Under the pieces are notes generated by a model. It was not told the DNA's origin, made no database searches, and saw only the letters and a list, made by a program, of their open reading frames with translations. From Nitrospirota bacterium (GTDB lineage: Bacteria; Nitrospirota; Thermodesulfovibrionia; SZUA-242): 64,000 nt of DNA. The position numbers and the translations under genes were made by a program. Shown piece by piece: positions 10,395 to 17,854 of the stretch; position 1 is the first letter of the stretch, and each line of letters starts with the position of its first letter. Location of the stretch: positions 17,383 to 81,382 of the forward strand of contig JALUUO010000108.1 of assembly GCA_027021335.1 (NCBI GenBank), in the 5' to 3' direction.

Positions 10395-11420
10395 CTAAAA
10401 ATTACGTAGATTCACAACACTCTGCCAAAGCCGCCTTCTGAATCCGTCACCAGTAATATCATGAATCCTATTGGCCAACACCGCCGGAGGTGTTTCCGTG
10501 GTAACACCAAGATCTTCTTGGGATGCTCTGGCCAGCAGGCTTACCTGCACAGCTTTTATCTCGTCCGCATTTGCCACATCACCATTGACGAACAAACCAG
10601 TATCATCCAGATAAGTAAACTGGAGGTCTTCTATATTTTCTGCAATAGCCTCGTCATTAACTCCGTCATTTCTTATTAATTCCATATTGTTGTTCACAAA
10701 GTACGTTACATTTATCATTCCGTATACAGGCCGGCCTCTATCATCACCATTGATCTGGCCATCACCGTTGCTATCGCTGACCGCGATAAGCGAGGCTCTA
10801 AGATCCGGTGGTAAATCACGGTTTAGAACAAGACCGGTATCATCATTAGGGCTTGTACATAGATTTGAATCACTTGAGTCGGTGGCAGTACAATTGATCA
10901 CCTTCGCAAAAAACAAACCATCAATATTCAACCAGCATTTTGCACCTGGACCTGCCGCGCATCTTCTTATTTTTCTCTCAGCATTCTGAACATAAATTGT
11001 ATTTCTACTTCCTGCCGGAAACGGTCCGGTGAAGCGAGTGGTCGATAAAGTTCCCTTACTGTTGAATCCGGCCATTACAGAAATGGAATCCGCAGCATCG
11101 GTTCCGCCATCTTGGCTAGGGTTAATCGCCACCAATCCTAAACGTGCAGCTTCTGCATCCATACCCATACCGGCAAGCCTTATCTCTTTCGCCATAATAT
11201 CCATAGCCGTCTTCGACTGTGAGTTCACCTCTGAAACACGTTCGGTACTTGCATAAGAACGGTTTTGCACTATAAAGACAACTGTAGCTCCAGCCACAAT
11301 AATCATCCCAACCACAGTGGCTATCATCAACTCAACCAGTGTATACCCGTTATTGCATCTAGTATTAATTACAATCCTTTTTATAATATTACTAATAAGG
11401 TTATTTTCAACCCTCCACAT
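10395..11420 (-). CDS. pilW: PilW-like type IV pilus minor pilin
   Basis: Prepilin motif NNG|YTLVELMIATVVGMIIVAG with Glu at +5. SD GGAGG lies 6 nt before ATG 11420, giving an unusually long 25-aa leader. Confidence 0.75.
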   Translation of the reverse strand: MWRVENNLISNIIKRIVINTRCNNGYTLVELMIATVVGMIIVAGATVVFIVQNRSYASTERVSEVNSQSKTAMDIMAKEIRLAGMGMDAEAARLGLVAINPSQDGGTDAADSISVMAGFNSKGTLSTTRFTGPFPAGSRNTIYVQNAERKIRRCAAGPGAKCWLNIDGLFFAKVINCTATDSSDSNLCTSPNDDTGLVLNRDLPPDLRASLIAVSDSNGDGQINGDDRGRPVYGMINVTYFVNNNMELIRNDGVNDEAIAENIEDLQFTYLDDTGLFVNGDVANADEIKAVQVSLLARASQEDLGVTTETPPAVLANRIHDITGDGFRRRLWQSVVNLRNF

Positions 11421-11503
11421 GATTTACCTCCAAGTAAAAGCTGGACCTTTAGTCGCAACTATAACACTATGGTTTCTATCTCATAAACAATCTCATAAAC
11501 AGC

Positions 11504-12028
11504 TTAAATTGGACTCCATATCACAGTCGGAAATGATACCGAATGAGTGACGTCATCCTTGTCAGTCCAGCAGGTTCTTATCAAAATAGCTGTAGCGTCA
11601 TTAGTAGCCCTTACGAAAGCAGGATCGCAAAGCGGAGTAATATTGTTATCAAAAACTCCATCGTCAGCTCCGTCACATGTATTGTCATCACCAGCAAGTT
11701 GTATACGGCTGCAACTGGGAACAGCCCAGATCACCCTTGTGTAATCCACACCACCTGTGGTCGAAGAATTATAACTCTCAGCGTCAGGATCAAATATGTT
11801 TTCAGGGTTGAAAATACCGGTGGCCAGGTTGTTGTATGAAAGTGATTTTACCTGCTCCAGAATATCCCGGCTAAAGTTGGTTGCAACCCTCATCTGCCTG
11901 CTTACAGTATTACCATGCATAGACATATACTGCATGCCCATAACAGCGACCATGCCTATTACAAGAACTACAATAGCCACCATCACCTCTATAAGAGTAA
12001 AACCATTCTGACCGGTCTTGTGTTTCAT
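11504..12028 (-). CDS. pilV: PilV-like type IV pilus minor pilin
   Basis: MKHKTGQNG|FTLIEVMVAIVVLVIGM. ATG 12028 overlaps the fimT stop (ATGA) and is preceded by GGAGGTA. The ORF-track start at 12085 is probably an upstream extension. Confidence 0.75.
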   Translation of the reverse strand: MKHKTGQNGFTLIEVMVAIVVLVIGMVAVMGMQYMSMHGNTVSRQMRVATNFSRDILEQVKSLSYNNLATGIFNPENIFDPDAESYNSSTTGGVDYTRVIWAVPSCSRIQLAGDDNTCDGADDGVFDNNITPLCDPAFVRATNDATAILIRTCWTDKDDVTHSVSFPTVIWSPI

Positions 12029-12693
12029 CTTACCTCCGTCCATGTCAGTACGGCTTGGTTCTCTATGTCTCCATCCCAACGCCATAAATTAATCAGCCCG
12101 GCCTGGTTCCTTATATCAACCAGATATGAAAAGCCCCTATCAGCATGTTGAATGTAAACAGATCCCTTTTCACCGAGAGAGCCGTCTTCATTAAACGTTT
12201 CATTGGTAGAGTTAAAAGTACCGAAACATGCGGTACCGCCATTGCAGTCTATTGCATTGTTATACGGATCGTTTGCAGCAAGAGTCCTGAATTCAATACT
12301 AGAGCCATACTCTGAAAGATTGACAATTTTTACAGGACCGTTTCTGTATGTATCAACAGCATCAAGAAGGTCCGTGTCACCAGTATCAGCATTTGCGTTA
12401 AAGCCTATCATGTACCTATTATTTGCAATATCAAAAACCATTAAGTAAGGCCTGTTTTCCTTTATAGCTATACTTCTTGTAAGTCTCATCTCCTGGATCA
12501 GGTCGCTTGCAGCATCTCTTACCCTGTTTTTAGCCACGAACCTTCCGTACTCAGGAGTTCCTATAGATGCTATAATACCCACGATCGCGATTATAACCAT
12601 CAACTCTATAAGAGAGAATCCACGCCGGTTAAAGAAAAATTTTTTTGTATAAAACACCTTGTCAAAATCTCCTTTATAACCCCATATTTCCAT
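12025..12693 (-). CDS. fimT: FimT/FimU (GspH-family) type IV minor pseudopilin
   Basis: Prepilin motif NRRG|FSLIELMVIIAIVGIIASIG, then a GspH-like helix RVRDAASDLIQEMRLTRSIAI. The true start is probably GTG 12657, which follows SD AAAGGAG. Confidence 0.7.
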   Translation of the reverse strand: MEIWGYKGDFDKVFYTKKFFFNRRGFSLIELMVIIAIVGIIASIGTPEYGRFVAKNRVRDAASDLIQEMRLTRSIAIKENRPYLMVFDIANNRYMIGFNANADTGDTDLLDAVDTYRNGPVKIVNLSEYGSSIEFRTLAANDPYNNAIDCNGGTACFGTFNSTNETFNEDGSLGEKGSVYIQHADRGFSYLVDIRNQAGLINLWRWDGDIENQAVLTWTEVR

Positions 12694-12707
12694 TCGTAAA
12701 TTACTTA

Positions 12708-12722
12708 GCAGACTTCATGCCA
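12708..12722 (-). promoter_or_regulatory. Candidate sigma-54 (-24/-12) promoter of the fimT-pilVWX-pilY1 operon
   Basis: The - strand reads TGGCATGAAGTCTGC, against the consensus TGGCACG-N4-TTGC. It has GG and GC at the correct 10-nt spacing and lies about 50 nt upstream of the SD/GTG start. Confidence 0.4.
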
Positions 12723-12982
12723 GGAAGGCTATTTTCTTCTTATCGGACTAAACCAGTTGAGAGTTAAGCGTTTTTTTTAAAATACAGTAAGGACGGTGCG
12801 CATACATTTATGTAATTAATTACACAATGCAGTAAAGCTCTTTACATAAATTTATCTTGCCGTAAATTGTAAGACTACTAAGATCTACGTTAGAAAACTC
12901 TGAGTGGAAGTCTTATGGAGGAAGTTTAGTATTTTTGAGGAATAATACAGAGTACTTTCTGACAAGTAAAGAACAATCATTG

Positions 12983-13420
12983 TCAAGACAGAAGGCTTGC
13001 TTTCAAATACTTTCCCTCAATATCTGCATGTTTAAGCTCACGCCTAATATTCAGTAATTTTTCAGACACTGCCTCTGTCATACATTTATTGACATCCATG
13101 ACTTTTTGAATGACTTCATTTATATCTTCTGCGACCTTCTCAAACCCCTTTGGCAAGGGTTCTGAAATGTCGACACTTTGATCAAGCAATTTAATTTTCC
13201 ATGCCAGTTTATCACGTTGGCTTTGAAGCTCAGCCATGATGTCAACTCTATCATCATGCAGAACCAGCTCCATATCGTTGTACACGGCAAGCATAGATTT
13301 AAAAAGACTCAGTTTTTCTATAAGAAAACATTCTTGATCCACAGTATTTATATTTATTTTACGCCGACACTGCCGACGGCATAGTTTCCATATTTGGAAG
13401 CGGCTTGGTGTTGCCGGCAC
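12983..13420 (-). CDS. Hypothetical coiled-coil protein, possible FliT/FlgN-like flagellar export chaperone
   Basis: Lies directly after fliS in the fliC-flaG-fliD-fliS operon. About 100-120 aa, acidic and helical. The real start is unclear: the ORF overlaps the fliS 3' end, and the candidates are GTG 13342 or ATG 13294. The call rests on position only. Confidence 0.35.
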   Translation of the reverse strand: MPATPSRFQIWKLCRRQCRRKININTVDQECFLIEKLSLFKSMLAVYNDMELVLHDDRVDIMAELQSQRDKLAWKIKLLDQSVDISEPLPKGFEKVAEDINEVIQKVMDVNKCMTEAVSEKLLNIRRELKHADIEGKYLKASLLS

Positions 13421-13787
13421 GATTTTGATTAACAGCGTCTACCCATCCCTCATGAAGAACGTTTAACAGGCGAATGACCTCATCAAGTATATCTGAATTA
13501 TCGGAGATGTTAGCCTTGGTAACCTGAAGCGTCATATACTCGTATAACTTTGACAGGTTCTCTACAAATTCCTCCGCCACTTCCGGATCCAAAGAGCCAT
13601 GTAAGGCATCTATTATAGAAATTACCTTTGTCAACCTCTCTGCTTTGCCGGCCTTGTCTCCCTGGGCCATCATCTCTTTAGCCTGGCTGGTAAACTTTAT
13701 CGCGCCTTCATAGAGCATAAGAAGTTGTTGCTGCTTATCCGCCGTCTTAACTCCAACATCCTGATATACGCCTACATACTGGTTCAT
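13359..13787 (-). CDS. fliS: Flagellin-specific chaperone FliS
   Basis: MNQYVGVYQDVGVKTADKQQQLLMLYEGAIKF... is the typical FliS four-helix family sequence. ATG 13787 is preceded by GGAGGAG. The longer ORF to 13901 overlaps fliD. Confidence 0.85.
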   Translation of the reverse strand: MNQYVGVYQDVGVKTADKQQQLLMLYEGAIKFTSQAKEMMAQGDKAGKAERLTKVISIIDALHGSLDPEVAEEFVENLSKLYEYMTLQVTKANISDNSDILDEVIRLLNVLHEGWVDAVNQNRAGNTKPLPNMETMPSAVSA

Positions 13788-13836
13788 AAACTCCTCCTTG
13801 AGTTTCCATAGGTTACTCTTCCAATGTCTGTCGCAG

Positions 13837-15267
13837 TCATGACTTCCTTCCTGATGCCAAGAACTGCATCGACTCCATTTGTTGCGCAAGAAAATCACCA
13901 CTCTGCTGAAGTTGACCCAGCAGTGACTCCATCGCTGTAAACTTTTGCTGAAGACTTTCCTCCTTAAGCAGAAGGCTGCGCTCCAGGCTTAACATCCTGT
14001 CATCAATCCTATCAATAGAAGTGGTCAGTCCACTTTTTCTTGCCGGAATCATATAGTCGGTATAATTGTTAACCGTGGCCTTCAACGATGTCGCCATACT
14101 GTCAAATGTATCAATGACTTCCTGGACATCATTATTTAAAGCATTTTGTAGTATTGTGCTATCAAGATAAAGAACACCTTCAGTATCATGACTAAGGCCT
14201 AAACTTGCTACTGATTTTCCGTTATAAGAATTAGTAATCTCTGACCGAAGTCCCGAAATAATGCTTCTTGCCGTACTATCGCCGCTAAGAACTGTGCTTT
14301 GACCCTCCGCAGAAGTCGACAGGGCTCTAGCCACACCTGCGGCAGAGTTATATGCAGTGACAAATGCATTCACATTATCCGTAATTGCTGAGAAGTCCTT
14401 GGCAATACTTAATGTCGGAGTGGCCGTGCCTGAATCGTCGAGCAGTGTAAGCGTAACACCAGTAATAATGTCACTAATAGTATTTGAGCTGCGTGTAAGT
14501 GACAACCCGTCAACAGTAAGTGATGCATCCACTGCTGCCTGCGACTGGGTCATATTGGTAGTGCCGCCCGTTACTGCTCCACTTGCATCATACGTGGCGT
14601 TGAAAGCAAGTTTCGACAGACCGGTCGTATCGGTCTCTGCAGACTCCTCATATGTGCCATCATTATCCTCATCAACAGAAACCGTCACCCTGCTGGATGA
14701 TCCGGGGGAGTCAACCGTGAGAATTAACCTGTATCCAGTAGTAGGACTATCCTGTACAACCGACGCATTTACCTCAGATGTAGCAGAGTTAATGGCATCC
14801 CTGATGCCGGTTAAGGTGTTGTTGCTGGAATCTATTGTAATTTCTGTGGCATTACCAGTTCCGACCTGTATTTTCAACTTCTGAGTAGAGTAAGTGGTAA
14901 GGTCAGCCACCTCTGTGTCTTCTGAGGTAAATATTTCGGAATAAATACTCTGGGATGTTGCCAGGTTGTTTACTTTTATATTGTAAGTACCTTCGGAAGC
15001 CGACGATGTAGCTGTGGCGGTAAATACCGTAGTGTCCGACGAAGTTGTTGACATCGAAAGAAAGCTGCTGCTTTTAAGCGAACTAAGAGAGCTTCTCAAA
15101 CTCGAAAGAGAGCTTGAGAGAGTTCCGTAAGAACTGAATTTGGCCTCGTAACTGGACTTCTTAACCTCCAGTCTCTCAAGAGGCTTCCGCTCCAGAGCCA
15201 TCAGGTCGCTGATTATCTTGCTTGTGTCAAGACCTGAAAAAATCCCTGTATTCAGTGCTACACCCAT
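13837..15267 (-). CDS. fliD: Flagellar filament cap protein FliD (hook-associated protein 2)
   Basis: N-terminus GIFSGLDTSKIISDLMALERKPL. Flagellin_IN-like segment ITIDSSNNTLTGIRDAINSATSEVNASVV. C-terminal heptads QKFTAMESLLGQLQ. Confidence 0.9.
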   Translation of the reverse strand: MGVALNTGIFSGLDTSKIISDLMALERKPLERLEVKKSSYEAKFSSYGTLSSSLSSLRSSLSSLKSSSFLSMSTTSSDTTVFTATATSSASEGTYNIKVNNLATSQSIYSEIFTSEDTEVADLTTYSTQKLKIQVGTGNATEITIDSSNNTLTGIRDAINSATSEVNASVVQDSPTTGYRLILTVDSPGSSSRVTVSVDEDNDGTYEESAETDTTGLSKLAFNATYDASGAVTGGTTNMTQSQAAVDASLTVDGLSLTRSSNTISDIITGVTLTLLDDSGTATPTLSIAKDFSAITDNVNAFVTAYNSAAGVARALSTSAEGQSTVLSGDSTARSIISGLRSEITNSYNGKSVASLGLSHDTEGVLYLDSTILQNALNNDVQEVIDTFDSMATSLKATVNNYTDYMIPARKSGLTTSIDRIDDRMLSLERSLLLKEESLQQKFTAMESLLGQLQQSGDFLAQQMESMQFLASGRKS

Positions 15268-15272
15268 GTTTA

Positions 15273-15623
15273 TCAGCCCTCTATGTGAAGTATGTTTTTC
15301 ATGTTGTCATTAAGGAGATCAACCGTCTTTTGGTATTCCTCGGGCGGAATCTGCTTGATAAGATTACCCTCGGAGTCGACTATCCTTATGACCACATTAT
15401 CGTTATCATCAAGAGCAAAAAATGCCTTTTTGGATTCTTTGCCATCCAAGATTTCTTTAGATTGAACAATATCTTTACTCTTATTTTCAGGCCCCGGCTT
15501 AACAGGCAGAGTATTCTGTCCAGGCACAGAAGGCTCCACCCTCTTTTTCTCGACCTTCGGCTTCAAACCCTGAAGGTTCTGACCACTTACAGGTAAAACT
15601 GTATTAATGTTATCTATCTTCAT
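15273..15623 (-). CDS. flaG: Flagellar protein FlaG
   Basis: 116 aa. C-terminal FlaG motif FALDDNDNVVIRIVDSEGNLIKQIPPEE. Position is between fliC and fliD. Confidence 0.8.
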   Translation of the reverse strand: MKIDNINTVLPVSGQNLQGLKPKVEKKRVEPSVPGQNTLPVKPGPENKSKDIVQSKEILDGKESKKAFFALDDNDNVVIRIVDSEGNLIKQIPPEEYQKTVDLLNDNMKNILHIEG

Positions 15624-15634
15624 ATCGGATTAAA

Positions 15635-15655
15635 GGGGAGAGAGTTTCTCTCCCC
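15635..15655 (-). terminator. Hairpin (partial terminator/attenuator) between fliC and flaG
   Basis: 9-bp stem GGGGAGAGA/TCTCTCCCC. On the - strand it is followed only by TTTAAT, so the U-tract is weak and read-through into flaG-fliD is likely. Confidence 0.45.
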
Positions 15656-15679
15656 TTTTTCTCCTTTTTCAACTTATCC

Positions 15680-17194
15680 CTATTGCAGTAGGGCAAGTAT
15701 GTTTTGCGGCAGCGAGTTGGCCTGGGACAAAACTGAAATACCCGCCTGCTGCATGATCATCGACTTTGTCATATTTGCCGTCTCCTCGGCAAAGTCGGCA
15801 TCCAGGATTCTTCCACGTGCGGCCGTCAGATTTTCCCGGACGTTATCAAGGTTTCTGATTGTTGATTCAAGCCTGTTTAGTTTGGCTCCGAGCGTAGCGC
15901 GTTCACTATTTAGAGTGTCAAGACCCTGCTTTGCCGCCAGTATAGCGATATTCGCGTTAGCCGTATTTGTAATTGTTACAGAATTGATTGATGTGGCTGT
16001 AAGAGAAACAGACGATGTTGATGTCCCCAGTCCAAAAATAGCGCCTGATACCGTATTCATACTGACTGAAGTGCTGTCGGTCAGATCATTGCTGAATAGT
16101 ATTTTACCATTTTGTCCTGCTGCAACCGACATAGACGTACTTGCCAGCAGATCTGTACTCATACTACTCGCTCCTGTTACCGTACTATCCAGACTTGTAG
16201 TAATAGCTGCACCAGTCGTATTTGCCAAGACTATTCTTGTTGCACTGTCAACGCTGGACTGTACGGCTCCGGACGAGCTAATAGCCACAGCCACGACACC
16301 GGTTGTTGTGGATTTGTTATTGATAGCTGCTATTATGTTAGTTTGGGTAGTACCTCCAGAGCTGGCGGTCGTGAACGATCCTATTTGAGTTCCATTAATG
16401 GTAAGATAACCTGCGGCAACAGTTCCTACGGTGGCAGCAGCTACTGCAGCTGTACTTAAAGCAAGTGAATTGCCAAAGCTGAAGGCAGTTACACCGGTAT
16501 CACCAGTATATTGGTTTATTCTGTTTATTACCGCCTGGCTGTTGTTTTTGTATTCCGTCGCGTCAAGAGCAGCGCCAAGTGTTGTTCCGGCAAGAGTTGC
16601 CGCAGTAGAACCTGAAGCCGTGTCATAAGCTATATACGCTGCCGCGGCCATATCCGACGCTCCAACTGTTGAGTTATAGGACGTGTTAACTCCCATTGTA
16701 CTTGGAGAGACATTTGATGTGGAAATGTTAATAGTTTCTTTAACCTCGGTACCAACCTGAATGTCTATGCTTTTTGCCTGGTTAAGAAACTGCTCACCAT
16801 TGTATCTTGTCTGGCTTACAACCCTGTTTAGTTCTGCGATCAACTCCTGAACTTCTGTGTTCAGTGATGTTCTGTCAGCAGAAGTATTGTAACTAGCGGC
16901 CTGCTCCGCCAATTCATAAATCCTCTGAATGTTGGTGGTCATCTCATCCATGGCGCCTTCAGCGGTTTGCGCAAAAGAAATACCATCATTGGCATTCCTC
17001 ATTGAGACCGAAAGACCTGTTATCTGACGGCTCATTCTGGTGGAGATCGCCATACCTGCGGCATCGTCTTTGGCCGAGTTGATCCTAAGACCTGATGACA
17101 GTCTCTGCATCGCTTTTTGGAGAGGATTTTGTGTTTTACGAAGATTTCTCTGCGCGTTAAGAGCGAAGAGGTTGGTATTGATACTTAGTCCCAT
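15680..17194 (-). CDS. fliC: Flagellin
   Basis: Canonical N-terminus MGLSINTNLFALNAQRNL...RLSSGLRINSAKDDAAGMAI and C-terminus RILDADFAEETANMTKSMIMQQAGISVLSQAN. The central domain is Ala/Ser/Thr-rich. Confidence 0.95.
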   Translation of the reverse strand: MGLSINTNLFALNAQRNLRKTQNPLQKAMQRLSSGLRINSAKDDAAGMAISTRMSRQITGLSVSMRNANDGISFAQTAEGAMDEMTTNIQRIYELAEQAASYNTSADRTSLNTEVQELIAELNRVVSQTRYNGEQFLNQAKSIDIQVGTEVKETINISTSNVSPSTMGVNTSYNSTVGASDMAAAAYIAYDTASGSTAATLAGTTLGAALDATEYKNNSQAVINRINQYTGDTGVTAFSFGNSLALSTAAVAAATVGTVAAGYLTINGTQIGSFTTASSGGTTQTNIIAAINNKSTTTGVVAVAISSSGAVQSSVDSATRIVLANTTGAAITTSLDSTVTGASSMSTDLLASTSMSVAAGQNGKILFSNDLTDSTSVSMNTVSGAIFGLGTSTSSVSLTATSINSVTITNTANANIAILAAKQGLDTLNSERATLGAKLNRLESTIRNLDNVRENLTAARGRILDADFAEETANMTKSMIMQQAGISVLSQANSLPQNILALLQ

Positions 17195-17197
17195 GAT

Positions 17198-17232
17198 TTG
17201 TTACCTCCTTGTAACAATGCGCTTCCATGCGC
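17198..17232 (-). promoter_or_regulatory. Two CsrA-type GGA hairpins in the fliC 5' leader (one sequesters the SD)
   Basis: The - strand reads GCGC-AUGGAA-GCGC, then UUGUUAC-AAGGAG-GUAACAA, then AUCAUG. In the second, ACAAGGAGGU matches 9 of 10 positions of the CsrA SELEX consensus ACARGGAUGU, with GGA in the loop. Confidence 0.55.
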
Positions 17233-17353
17233 GGTAATTAGGGATATAAAATCCCTGAGTAGTCAGTTTAGAGTCAAATGCAAAACCCGCTCTTAATTAA
17301 GATTCACCCCCTTTCCCTGCAGTAGGTTTGCTTTTGTCTCTGCTTACTTAAGA

Positions 17354-17380
17354 TTATCGGCTAATCGAGGAAAAACTTTA
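17354..17380 (-). promoter_or_regulatory. Sigma-28 (FliA) promoter of fliC
   Basis: The - strand reads TAAAGTTT-N11-GCCGATAA, an exact match to the enteric sigma-28 consensus. It lies about 150 nt upstream of the fliC ATG. Confidence 0.75.
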
Positions 17381-17534
17381 AAAAATAATAATAGTGCAGG
17401 CAAAATCCGGCAGGCTTTAAATCTTCTTTTTAAAATTTTTAAAAAGCTTTTTGTATCAAGATCTTAGCGCAGTTATTTAGGTGAAACAGCTAAACTTAGG
17501 CATTATTTTCAAAGCTGCGAGATGAAAGCTGGAA

Positions 17535-17562
17535 TTGACAAAGATTGCGGAATATGTAAAAT
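17535..17562 (+). promoter_or_regulatory. Sigma-70-type promoter for the tRNA-Gln/tRNA-Glu pair
   Basis: TTGACA-N16-TAAAAT, ending 16 nt before the tRNA-Gln 5' end. Confidence 0.5.
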
Positions 17563-17578
17563 TAAAAAGGTTTTTCGC

Positions 17579-17652
17579 TGGGGGATCGTCCAACGGCAGG
17601 ACTCCAGACTCTGAATCTGGCTACCTAGGTTCGAATCCTAGTCCCCCAGCCA
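17579..17652 (+). tRNA. tRNA-Gln (anticodon CTG)
   Basis: Folded by hand. Acceptor UGGGGGA/UCCCCCA, anticodon stem CCAGA/UCUGG with loop CUCUGAA, T-arm CUAGG-UUCGAAU-CCUAG, encoded CCA. Confidence 0.9.
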
Positions 17653-17702
17653 TGTTTATTGACTGCTGCTGATAAAAACACAGGCTGAATACCTGTTATT
17701 AG

Positions 17703-17777
17703 GGTCCCATCGTCTAGGGGTTAGGACACGGCCCTCTCAAGGCTGAAACACGGGTTCAATTCCCGTTGGGACTACCA
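17703..17777 (+). tRNA. tRNA-Glu (anticodon CTC)
   Basis: Aligns to canonical tRNA-Glu (..TCGTCTAGGGGTTAGGACAC..). Anticodon loop CUCUCAA, T-arm ACGGG-UUCAAUU-CCCGU, encoded CCA, and a G1-U72 wobble. Confidence 0.85.
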
Positions 17778-17854
17778 ATTTCCTTATTTAACCAGCTTAT
17801 CCGGTATTTATTAGATACTTAGAGCAAACAAATTGGTTCGAATATGCCCACTTT

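Noticed and set aside
13788-13901. N-terminal 38-aa extension of the fliS ORF overlapping fliD
   Set aside because: The internal ATG 13787 has a strong SD (GGAGGAG) and gives a canonical FliS N-terminus. The extension overlaps the fliD coding end.
14357-14884. 175-aa + strand ORF inside fliD
   Set aside because: It is an antisense shadow of the S/T-rich FliD central domain, with no independent support.
15699-16459. 229-aa and 115-aa ORFs on the + strand inside fliC
   Set aside because: They lie entirely antisense to a canonical flagellin gene. Their low-complexity composition mirrors the Ala/Ser/Thr-rich flagellin codons, and neither has an SD or a recognisable family. They are shadow ORFs.
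17579-17777. tRNA-Gln/tRNA-Glu pair as a possible genomic-island integration site
   Set aside because: There is no integrase, no duplicated tRNA 3' end and no phage or transposon genes on either side. The flanks are flagellar and pgm genes.
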